Below are positions 54,073-61,850 of a stretch of DNA of 64,000 nt, piece after piece; within the stretch, counting starts at the first letter, position 1; every line of letters begins with the position of its first letter. A program made the translations under genes and the position numbers. A model generated the notes under the pieces. That model ran no database searches and was not told where the DNA came from. It was given only the letters and a program-made list of their open reading frames with translations. Source of the stretch: a virus (lineage: Duplodnaviria; Caudoviricetes). Location: positions 17,497 through 81,496 of the IMG/VR virus record IMGVR_UViG_3300027586_000007. One strand, 5' to 3'.

Positions 54073-54106
54073 AAAGGGGCAGGGCTCAGGCCTTGCCCCT
54101 TTATTA
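54073..54106 (+). terminator. Rho-independent terminator
   Basis: AAAGGGGCAGGGC-TCAG-GCCTTGCCCCTTT. Confidence 0.85.
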
Positions 54107-54127
54107 TTTAAATGATAGAATGGAAAT

Positions 54128-54925
54128 ATGAGATTTCATTGGATGGAAAGAGGCGGAGATACCAGTATTGGTCATCTTAAAACTCTTTCTGGCATACTAG
54201 ATGAATTTGGATATGAGTCCGTACTACTGGTATATCATTCAAAAATAGATGACAATTGGATTAAAGCAGCCAGAGCACTTGACACAAATCATAAATTTAA
54301 ATATATGCCAGCCATTAGAACATATGCTATAAGCCCAGAATACTGTGCAATGATATGCAAAGCCTTCTACAGCATATCACCAGATAGACTAATGTTAAAT
54401 ATAGTGTCTGGTGATCTGCATAAAGATGAAACATCAGTTCAGGATTTAATATGGCTAAATAGCGATTTAGATACTCCAGAAAAGAGATTGAAGTACACTG
54501 ACGAATGGATGTCAAAATTCTTTGAGCTATCAGAAAATACAGTATTTGAGGTAGTAATGGGCGGTCATTCAGATGCAACAAAGATTATGGCAGAAAAATA
54601 TAATGCTACTCATTTATCTATGCTAAACATGCATAAGCAGTCATACAATAAGCCTAATTTTATAAAAAATAAAAAACAAATGCTATCATTAAGTGTAATC
54701 ATAAATGACTCAGAAAAAGAAATAAAAGAAATGCTATCTAAAAGCTTGGGGTCGGATCAATGGACTATATATGGTGATAAAGATAGCGTTAAAATACAAC
54801 TAAATAATTTAACAACTTTGGGTGCAACCGATCTTTTGATTAGCCCTCATCCAGAAGACAACAATGTATCATCAATACATTACTTAATCAAAGAAATGAT
54901 AGGGGAACAAAATGGAATCAACTAA
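54128..54925 (+). CDS. Luciferase-like (LLM) flavin-dependent monooxygenase, SsuD-like
   Basis: GYESVLL, KYMPAIRT...PEYCAMI...RLMLNIVSG, MGGHS. Confidence 0.78.
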   Translation: MRFHWMERGGDTSIGHLKTLSGILDEFGYESVLLVYHSKIDDNWIKAARALDTNHKFKYMPAIRTYAISPEYCAMICKAFYSISPDRLMLNIVSGDLHKDETSVQDLIWLNSDLDTPEKRLKYTDEWMSKFFELSENTVFEVVMGGHSDATKIMAEKYNATHLSMLNMHKQSYNKPNFIKNKKQMLSLSVIINDSEKEIKEMLSKSLGSDQWTIYGDKDSVKIQLNNLTTLGATDLLISPHPEDNNVSSIHYLIKEMIGEQNGIN

Positions 54926-55112
54926 AAGAACATTACTAAAGACACTCAGCTGGGAAACTTTTCACTTAGTAGGAGTTGCTGGAGTAATTTATTTATTTAC
55001 TGGCGAATGGGAGTATGCTAGCTTGGGAGCTCTTATTTATATTGGCTGGGAAGCACTGGGATACTTTTTACACGAAAGAGTATGGGCTAAGTTTGGGAAA
55101 AAGATTAAATAA
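54912..55112 (+). CDS. DUF2061-like small membrane protein (second copy)
   Basis: KRTLLKTLSWE...GYFLHERVW. Confidence 0.75.
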   Translation: MESTKRTLLKTLSWETFHLVGVAGVIYLFTGEWEYASLGALIYIGWEALGYFLHERVWAKFGKKIK

Positions 55113-55649
55113 GTGGAAACCTATAAGGATAAAATTTTTGTAATAAGAGATTTTATTACTAAAGAGCAAAGCCAAGAATTAGTGTCTGTCTTTAGCAATA
55201 ACATAACCTCTACTCCAGATTCTGATCTGATTAAAAGCGGGTTTTCTATTTCTTTTGACCAAAAAGAATATTTCGATGTAATGAACAAAGATTCTATTGA
55301 GTCTAATATATTAAAAAAGATATCGGGTAAAGTCTCAGATCATTATGGAATAGATATGGAAATAAAATCAATGTTTCACAGTATTATGGAAAAAGGTGCA
55401 TCAAATCCACCGCACTGGGATAACCAAGAGGACTCACAAGAAGATGATATTTCCGCCCTACTTTATTTAAATAACAATTTCAGCGGAGGCTTACTTAGGT
55501 TCATTAATCATAATATTGTTTTGATACCAGAGCCAGGGATGCTTGTATTTTTTAAAGGCGAAAAAGATTTATTGCACAGCGTAGAAGAAGTAACTGGGGG
55601 ATCCCGCCAAGCTTTGGTAGGATTTTGTTGGCCATCCAAAGGCAAATAA
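55113..55649 (+). CDS. 2OG-Fe(II) oxygenase #5
   Basis: HWD...LYLNNNFSGG...PEPGMLVFF...LHSV...RQAL. Confidence 0.85.
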   Translation: METYKDKIFVIRDFITKEQSQELVSVFSNNITSTPDSDLIKSGFSISFDQKEYFDVMNKDSIESNILKKISGKVSDHYGIDMEIKSMFHSIMEKGASNPPHWDNQEDSQEDDISALLYLNNNFSGGLLRFINHNIVLIPEPGMLVFFKGEKDLLHSVEEVTGGSRQALVGFCWPSKGK

Positions 55650-55662
55650 AAGGAGCAATAAA

Positions 55663-55824
55663 ATGGAAGAAAATTTTATAAAAGTAATAGATGACTCAAA
55701 ACAGGCACCCATACATATTCTTATGGCAAAATATGGCCTAAAGTCTTTTCCAAAATTGTACCTAGAAGCACATCCAGAAATTGAAGATTCTAGTTCTAAT
55801 CAACCAGATGCTATAATAGACTAA
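55663..55824 (+). CDS. Hypothetical 53-aa protein
   Basis: AAGGAG RBS; read by eye. Confidence 0.55.
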   Translation: MEENFIKVIDDSKQAPIHILMAKYGLKSFPKLYLEAHPEIEDSSSNQPDAIID

Positions 55825-55873
55825 TGGATGGATTCTAGACCCATCTAAATAAACAACCTATAGGAGAAATAAA

Positions 55874-56029
55874 ATGTCAGACGGATTAAATTTAGACGGT
55901 TTTGCAACAGTAAAGCCATCAGCAACAAACAATATTGATGGGCACTATTCAGATAACACTGGATCAGCATTCCCTGCAACAGACAAGTCTACACAAGACG
56001 GCGCTGGAGTAGGAAACAACGGTAAGTAA
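55874..56029 (+). CDS. 51-aa low-complexity peptide
   Basis: AGGAG RBS; MSDGLNLDGFATVKPSATNNIDGHYSDNTGSAFPATDKSTQDGAGVGNNGK. Confidence 0.65.
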   Translation: MSDGLNLDGFATVKPSATNNIDGHYSDNTGSAFPATDKSTQDGAGVGNNGK

Positions 56030-56031
56030 TA

Positions 56032-56211
56032 ATGGGCCTCTTTGATAAAGAAGAAGTAGTTGCACCGACAATGGAAGCAGCAGTAGCAGAAGCAGTTAAG
56101 CCTGTACAGGCTGTAGTGCCAGCAGCGCCAGTTAATTCTGGTTCAGCATGCACTAGAGACACAAGAGGCGACGCCCCTTGTGCAGTAAAGAATTGTGAGA
56201 ACTGCAACTAA
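56032..56211 (+). CDS. 59-aa peptide with Cys-rich C-terminus
   Basis: ...SACTRDTRGDAPCAVKNCENCN; coupled to the next ORF by TAATG. Confidence 0.6.
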   Translation: MGLFDKEEVVAPTMEAAVAEAVKPVQAVVPAAPVNSGSACTRDTRGDAPCAVKNCENCN

Positions 56212-56360
56212 TGTGTTACGAATGCGGATGCGAAACAGTAGGAAGCACTAAGGGCGTAACCCCAGTTACAATCACAGATGCTTCAAGAGATGGTGATTCA
56301 GGTTTAACATTAAGCATGTCATCTACTCCAGAGCAGACAAGACAATTCATTAATGAGTAG
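56211..56360 (+). CDS. 49-aa peptide with N-terminal CxxCxC
   Basis: MCYECGCETVG... Confidence 0.6.
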   Translation: MCYECGCETVGSTKGVTPVTITDASRDGDSGLTLSMSSTPEQTRQFINE

Positions 56361-56553
56361 TTTTCAAAAAGAAGACGGTACAGGAACAACTCCACCACCA
56401 AATGGTGCAGCAGCAGGTGCCGTTACTAGTAATTCAGCAACACGCAAGCAGCCACGTCAAGGCCTCAAGATAGACATAAATAGACATGGCATACGCCGTG
56501 AGTTGAATACAAATCCAAGGCCTCCAAAGAAAACTGGCCGCAAGAAGATATAA
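56353..56553 (+). CDS. Basic, probably disordered 66-aa protein
   Basis: ORF track; coupled on both sides. Confidence 0.6.
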   Translation: MSSFQKEDGTGTTPPPNGAAAGAVTSNSATRKQPRQGLKIDINRHGIRRELNTNPRPPKKTGRKKI

Positions 56554-56642
56554 TGTGTAAAAGTTGTGGGGCATGCTCTAAGGAACATGCCCCTACAATT
56601 GATGATGCAATAGATGTTGTTTTAGATTCAGTAATAATTTAA
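56553..56642 (+). CDS. 29-aa peptide with CxxCxxC..H
   Basis: TAATG-coupled; MCKSCGACSKEHAPTIDDAIDVVLDSVII. Confidence 0.5.
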   Translation: MCKSCGACSKEHAPTIDDAIDVVLDSVII

Positions 56643-56661
56643 TTTTAATAGGCCTGGAGTT

Positions 56662-56880
56662 ATGGAAAAATTTAGAAAGCTTTTGGATAACGCATATACA
56701 TTCCTACCTAAAATGTATCAGGGAGCCGAAGTCATTGAATACGATGAAGCAACAGATCTAACAGTTCATACTAAAGCTCCTGGGAAATGGTTATTAATTG
56801 ATCTAGAAACTGGTCAAGAATACATAGGCAGCAAAGAGCCAAATAAATATGGCAAATGGATGAGATTAAAAGACAAGTAG
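56662..56880 (+). CDS. Hypothetical protein
   Basis: GGAG RBS. Confidence 0.6.
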   Translation: MEKFRKLLDNAYTFLPKMYQGAEVIEYDEATDLTVHTKAPGKWLLIDLETGQEYIGSKEPNKYGKWMRLKDK

Positions 56881-56923
56881 CCCTTGACTTTATTTAAAGA
56901 AAATACTATACTATTATTAACTG

Positions 56924-56996
56924 TGCCTCATAGCTCAGTTGGTAGAGCACCGCACTGTTAATGCGGGTGTCCCTGGATCGAGGCCAGGTGGGGCAG
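56924..56996 (+). tRNA. trnN: tRNA-Asn(GTT)
   Basis: Acceptor TGCCTCA/TGGGGCA; anticodon arm CCGCA-CTGTTAA-TGCGG; T arm CCTGG-ATCGAGG-CCAGG; promoter TTGACT-N17-TATACT upstream. Confidence 0.88.
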
Positions 56997-57032
56997 CAGA
57001 CCAATTAGCATTAAACAAACAAAGGAAAATAA

Positions 57033-59111
57033 ATGACAGAAGCAAGATGTCCAGTGACTGGGCATTCAACAAGCACAGAAGTAAAATCCAATAAGGATTG
57101 GTTTCCTAATCAATTAGATTTATCTGTATTGAGAAAAAATTCAGAAAAATCTAACCCAATGTCAAAAGACTTTGATTATGCGGAAGAATTTGCAAGATTA
57201 GATATTGATGGAATTAAAGAAGATATTAATGATCTTCTAACCACATCGCAAGACTGGTGGCCAGCAGACTATGGAAACTATGGCCCATTTTTTATTAGAA
57301 TGGCATGGCACTCAGCAGGTACATACAGGATTTCAGACGGACGTGGTGGCGCTGGCGAAGGCTTGCATAGATTTGCACCGCAAAATTCATGGCCAGATAA
57401 CGGCAACCTAGATAAAGCTCGCAGACTTCTATGGCCAATTAAGCAGAAGTACGGCAAAAGAATCTCTTGGGCTGACCTAATGATTCTTGCTGGAAATGTT
57501 TCTCTTGAAAACATGGGATTTAAAACATTTGGTTTTGCTGGTGGTCGTGAAGATGTCTGGGAATCAGACGATACATATTGGGGTATAGAAAAAGAATGGT
57601 TAGCTAATGAGCGTTACTCTGGTGATCGTGAACTAGAAAAACCACTTGCAGCGGTTCAAATGGGATTAATATATGTAAATCCTGAAGGACCAGACGGTAA
57701 CCCAGATCCAATTCTTTCTGCAAGAGATATCCGTGAAACATTTGCACGTATGGCAATGAATGACGAAGAAACAGTTGCATTAATTGCAGGTGGACACGCA
57801 TTCGGTAAAGCACACGGCGCAGGAGACAAGTCTCACGTTGGGCCAGAGCCAGAAGCTGCACCAACTGAAGAGCTTGGCCTTGGATGGAAGAATTCATTTG
57901 GTAAAGGTAATGCAGAAGATACGATAACAAGCGGTATCGAAGGTGCATGGACTCCAACACCAACCAAGTGGGATAATTCTTATCTTGAATTATTGTTTAC
58001 ATACGATTGGAAACAAACAAAGAGTCCTGCTGGTGCAACACAATGGATTCCAGTTGATGAATCGGCTAATAGTTTAGTCCCAGACGCACATCTATCTGAA
58101 AAATTTCATGCTCCAATGATGACTACAGCAGATCTAGCATTAAAATTTGATCCAGAGTATAACAAGATATCGATGAGATTTCTTAAAGACTTTGAATATT
58201 TTTCAGATGTGTTTGCTCGTGCATGGTTTAAGCTAACTCACAGGGATATGGGGCCTATATCAAGGTATTTAGGTAAAGATGTGCCATCAGAAATACTAAT
58301 TTGGCAAGATCCAATTCCAGCAAATAATCAAAAGCCTTTGTCAAATAGAGAAATAAAAAAGATTAAAAAGCAGATACTTGATTCAGAAGTAAGTACTGCA
58401 GATTTTGTTACAACTGCTTGGGCTTCTGCTTCTACATTTAGGAAAACAGATAAAAGAGGTGGCGCAAATGGTGCCAGAATTAGATTACAGCCACAAATTT
58501 CTTGGGATGTAAATGATACTAATGGAATTAGTAAAGTACTAGCAGTATTAGAATCTATAAAGACAGAGATGTCTATGGCTGATTTAATTGTTCTTGCCTC
58601 ATGTGCTGCTATTGAAAAGGCTGCATTTCAATGTGGAGTTAGCATTACAGTTCCTTTTAGACAGGGACGTTCAGATGCTACTCAAGTTGATACTGATGTA
58701 GATTCATTTTCAGTGCTTGAGCCAAAATTTGATGGGTTCCGTAATTATACTCATTTGAGCATAACTGCACCAGAAGAAGTTTTATTGGTAGAGAAGGCTA
58801 ATCTACTAGGCTTAACCCCAGTAGAATTAGTATTACTACTGTCTGGAATAAGAATGCTTAGCAAAGACATAGAGGGAGTCTATAGATTAGACAACACTTA
58901 TCTTTCAGAATTACTATCGTATAATAATGCTGAAGAAGCAAAAGGTATTCCAAATGTAGATCTCATTATTGCATCCAATTCAGAGCTTCGTGCAATTGCT
59001 GAAGTTTATGCTTCTGATGATGCTAAAGAAAAGTTTATAACAGACTTTGCTAATGCCTGGTCAAAGGTAATGAATCTAGATAGATTTGATATAAAGAAAG
59101 GAAAAGAATGA
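57033..59111 (+). CDS. katG: Catalase-peroxidase
   Basis: [10 protein letters not shown] (distal R/W/H), [11 protein letters not shown] (adduct Tyr), FARMAMND (adduct Met), [10 protein letters not shown] (proximal His). Confidence 0.96.
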   Translation: MTEARCPVTGHSTSTEVKSNKDWFPNQLDLSVLRKNSEKSNPMSKDFDYAEEFARLDIDGIKEDINDLLTTSQDWWPADYGNYGPFFIRMAWHSAGTYRISDGRGGAGEGLHRFAPQNSWPDNGNLDKARRLLWPIKQKYGKRISWADLMILAGNVSLENMGFKTFGFAGGREDVWESDDTYWGIEKEWLANERYSGDRELEKPLAAVQMGLIYVNPEGPDGNPDPILSARDIRETFARMAMNDEETVALIAGGHAFGKAHGAGDKSHVGPEPEAAPTEELGLGWKNSFGKGNAEDTITSGIEGAWTPTPTKWDNSYLELLFTYDWKQTKSPAGATQWIPVDESANSLVPDAHLSEKFHAPMMTTADLALKFDPEYNKISMRFLKDFEYFSDVFARAWFKLTHRDMGPISRYLGKDVPSEILIWQDPIPANNQKPLSNREIKKIKKQILDSEVSTADFVTTAWASASTFRKTDKRGGANGARIRLQPQISWDVNDTNGISKVLAVLESIKTEMSMADLIVLASCAAIEKAAFQCGVSITVPFRQGRSDATQVDTDVDSFSVLEPKFDGFRNYTHLSITAPEEVLLVEKANLLGLTPVELVLLLSGIRMLSKDIEGVYRLDNTYLSELLSYNNAEEAKGIPNVDLIIASNSELRAIAEVYASDDAKEKFITDFANAWSKVMNLDRFDIKKGKE

Positions 59112-59236
59112 GGACAGCTTTATTTTATCTACTACACTCTTCAGCAATTGCTGGGCTAATGGTAGGATCATATTTTTATGGTTTTAAACAAGCATCTCAG
59201 GATGTAAGACAGAAGTCTTTCTTTAAAAAGAAGTAA
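59108..59236 (+). CDS. 42-aa single-TM peptide
   Basis: ATGA-coupled to katG; hydrophobic N-terminus and basic tail. Confidence 0.5.
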   Translation: MRTALFYLLHSSAIAGLMVGSYFYGFKQASQDVRQKSFFKKK

Positions 59237-59241
59237 ACCGT

Positions 59242-59267
59242 GTCCTAGGCATGACCATAAACTGCCT
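59242..59267 (+). ncRNA. Candidate H-type pseudoknot RNA motif, copy 2
   Basis: GTC-CT-AGGC-AT-GAC-CATAAACT-GCCT. Confidence 0.55.
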
Positions 59268-59310
59268 CACACCCATTGACTAAACCCATAGAAAATGAGA
59301 TAATGTATTT

Positions 59311-59781
59311 ATGCATAAAAAACCAGCCTGGATATTTGACGTTGATGGAACACTTGTAAACGTAGACACTGTATTACACCACATATTAAACAAAGACCGC
59401 TCCTCCGAATCTTTTAAAAAAGATTTTGATGCTTTTCATAAGGCATCTATATCCTGCGATCCGAATAAAGAAGTTGTTGATATGGTATGGAAAGTTTGTA
59501 ATGACCTAGACATAATTGTAGTAACTGCTAGAAAAGAAAAGTATAGAGCTTTAACCGCTAGGTGGCTTAAGAATAATGAGATCCCTCACGACGCCTTGTT
59601 TATGAGAAAAGATGATGATCATAGAGAAGACTATGAGGTTAAAAAGGATATTCTTAAGAACATACAGGAATATTGGGATGTAAAGCATGCAGTTGACGAC
59701 CATCCAGGAATTATTAAGCTATGGGAAGAAAATGGAATTAGCACCACTAAAATAGGAAATTGGGATGGTGTAAAGGTATGA
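59311..59781 (+). CDS. HAD phosphatase (polynucleotide kinase 3'-phosphatase-like)
   Basis: FDVDGTL, VTAR, MRK..D.R.D..VK, VDD. Confidence 0.85.
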   Translation: MHKKPAWIFDVDGTLVNVDTVLHHILNKDRSSESFKKDFDAFHKASISCDPNKEVVDMVWKVCNDLDIIVVTARKEKYRALTARWLKNNEIPHDALFMRKDDDHREDYEVKKDILKNIQEYWDVKHAVDDHPGIIKLWEENGISTTKIGNWDGVKV

Positions 59782-60323
59782 TAATCGGATTATCTGGATA
59801 CGCTAGATCGGGTAAAGACACAGCAGCAGATCGATTGGTTAGCAACCATGGTTTTGTAAGATATTCCTTTGCCGCTCCAATGAAAAAAGCAATGTACATA
59901 CTTAATCCTATTGTTAACTCAGACTCAATAGGTAATTTTAGATATCAAAGCTTAGTAGATGTTTATGGATTAGATTCAGCAAAAGAATCTAACCCTGAAA
60001 TAAGAAGGCTACTGCAAGTATTTGGCACAGAAGTCGGCAGAAGCATGTTTGGCAACAATTTTTGGGTTGACTTAACTTTAAATAGCATTAAAGAAGATAA
60101 TGTTGTGATAAGTGATGTTAGGTTTAAAAACGAAGCAGATGCAATTAAAAAATTAGGTGGGCAGGTTTGGAGAATCAATAGACACGGCATAGGCCCAGTA
60201 ACAGATCATTCTTCAGAAATTGATTTAGACGACTACGCATTTAACCATATCATAGAAAATGACTTTAGCGTTTCAGATTTAAGTAATACGGTAGATATGC
60301 TTTTGAGTAAGTACAATGCTTAA
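59778..60323 (+). CDS. Deoxynucleoside monophosphate kinase
   Basis: IGLSGYARSGKDT, RRLLQVFGTE, ISDVRFKNE, HSSE. Confidence 0.9.
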   Translation: MIIGLSGYARSGKDTAADRLVSNHGFVRYSFAAPMKKAMYILNPIVNSDSIGNFRYQSLVDVYGLDSAKESNPEIRRLLQVFGTEVGRSMFGNNFWVDLTLNSIKEDNVVISDVRFKNEADAIKKLGGQVWRINRHGIGPVTDHSSEIDLDDYAFNHIIENDFSVSDLSNTVDMLLSKYNA

Positions 60324-60441
60324 AAAAATAATTTGTTTGATTAAAGGTCATAATTTAATTGAAGCTGGTGCATGTCCGTTTACTGGTAAATCCTATGATC
60401 TTTGTAAAAGATGCACTAAAATGATTCAGACATCCCCTTAA
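60316..60441 (+). CDS. 41-aa Cys/His microprotein
   Basis: CLIKGH...CP...CKRC. Confidence 0.55.
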   Translation: MLKKIICLIKGHNLIEAGACPFTGKSYDLCKRCTKMIQTSP

Positions 60442-60458
60442 TCTGGTATAATATATAT

Positions 60459-60584
60459 ATGAACACAAATATACCTCCATGCTTTTACTGCCCAGAAGAC
60501 AGTAAATATTCAGAGCCAGAACCAAAAACTGGTAAGCCTATAGATGTGTGCGATAAACATTTCCATTTAAAGTATATGGGATAA
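60459..60584 (+). CDS. 41-aa Cys/His microprotein
   Basis: Leaderless TGGTATAAT-N6-ATG; CFYC...CDKH. Confidence 0.55.
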   Translation: MNTNIPPCFYCPEDSKYSEPEPKTGKPIDVCDKHFHLKYMG

Positions 60585-60817
60585 TGGCTTACAGCAGATT
60601 TTTTGATAGTGATATATACATATATCCGCATGTAGATGGCTATATTTATTGTGCAGCCTGCCTACTTTCAAAAGAAGCAAGATCGGAAACAATTAAAGAT
60701 GATGAGCACCTATTCCTTCACCTACACGAGCATTTTAAGGCGGCCCACGACATACCAGAGATGCTTTACTATGAAATTATAATGGATAAAGATCGATACA
60801 AGCCATTGACAGATTGA
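60584..60817 (+). CDS. Zinc-binding hypothetical protein
   Basis: CAAC...HL.EH...H. Confidence 0.6.
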   Translation: MAYSRFFDSDIYIYPHVDGYIYCAACLLSKEARSETIKDDEHLFLHLHEHFKAAHDIPEMLYYEIIMDKDRYKPLTD

Positions 60818-60874
60818 GTAATAAATAGTATTATATAGATATAAGGCGCCCTGCTTTTATATGAAAGGATTATT

Positions 60875-61333
60875 ATGTCGGTATATGATTATAGTTTTAC
60901 AGATAACAATGGCAACAATGTTGATCTGTCACAGTTTAAAGACAAGATACTGCTTCTAGTAAATGTTGCAAGCCGTTGTGGTTTTACTTCACAGTATGAG
61001 GGCCTGCAGTCATTAAGCAAGAAATATGCAGATCAAGGACTAGTAGTAATTGGTTTTCCGTGCAATCAGTTTGGCGGACAAGAGCCTGGAACTGATTCAG
61101 AAATTAAAGAGTTTTGTCAGACAAATTATGGCGTAGACTTCCTGATGTCAACCAAGATTGACGTTAATGGAGATGATGCCCACCCACTATTTAAGTATTT
61201 AGTATCACAGGCTACCTTTGATGAAATTCCATGGAACTTTACTAAGTTTCTTATCGATAAGGAATTTAGATCGATGGGACCAGATACAACACCAGAGCAA
61301 ATAGATTCATTTATATCAGATATACTTAAATGA
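60875..61333 (+). CDS. Glutathione peroxidase family (Cys-type, probably thioredoxin-dependent)
   Basis: NVASRCGFT, GFPCNQFGGQEPG, WNFTKFLID. Confidence 0.93.
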   Translation: MSVYDYSFTDNNGNNVDLSQFKDKILLLVNVASRCGFTSQYEGLQSLSKKYADQGLVVIGFPCNQFGGQEPGTDSEIKEFCQTNYGVDFLMSTKIDVNGDDAHPLFKYLVSQATFDEIPWNFTKFLIDKEFRSMGPDTTPEQIDSFISDILK

Positions 61334-61614
61334 TTAATTGGTTAGTTAATCGTATATTTAGATGGGACTCTCTAAGACACGCTATCTTTGATGAAGTAAG
61401 GTTATATCAGTCTATAGACAAAGCTATGTGGGAACATGAAAATGCAAACCCAACTAATCTAACATGGTCAGAGGGAAACAGATGGTACGGCTGGACATAT
61501 AATCCAGTAAATAATCGCTATTACTTTGACGACATTGGCAATGAATCTTTAATGGGCCTATGGGAAGATCAATGGCTTAGAGAAGCAGAAGAATCTGGAG
61601 CGGGACTAAAATGA
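61330..61614 (+). CDS. Trp-rich hypothetical protein
   Basis: ATGA-coupled ORF. Confidence 0.55.
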   Translation: MINWLVNRIFRWDSLRHAIFDEVRLYQSIDKAMWEHENANPTNLTWSEGNRWYGWTYNPVNNRYYFDDIGNESLMGLWEDQWLREAEESGAGLK

Positions 61615-61847
61615 TGCAATATTGGTCATGGGTATTAGCAGCAATTGGTGTAACAGGCACATTTTTTGTAGGACGCAAAGTCATATGGGCTTGGCTTGTA
61701 TTACTTGTAAATGAATGCTTATGGATGGTATATGCTATAACTACAAAGCAATACGGCTTCATATTTGCAGCTCTTGCATACGCTGCAGTATATATTAGAT
61801 CTTATGTGCACTGGTCAAAAGAGCCAGTAAATGAAATACCTTTGTAA
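61611..61847 (+). CDS. 3-TM membrane protein, PnuC/SemiSWEET half-transporter-like
   Basis: Three hydrophobic helices; WAWLVLLVNECLW motif. Confidence 0.5.
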   Translation: MMQYWSWVLAAIGVTGTFFVGRKVIWAWLVLLVNECLWMVYAITTKQYGFIFAALAYAAVYIRSYVHWSKEPVNEIPL

Positions 61848-61850
61848 GTA

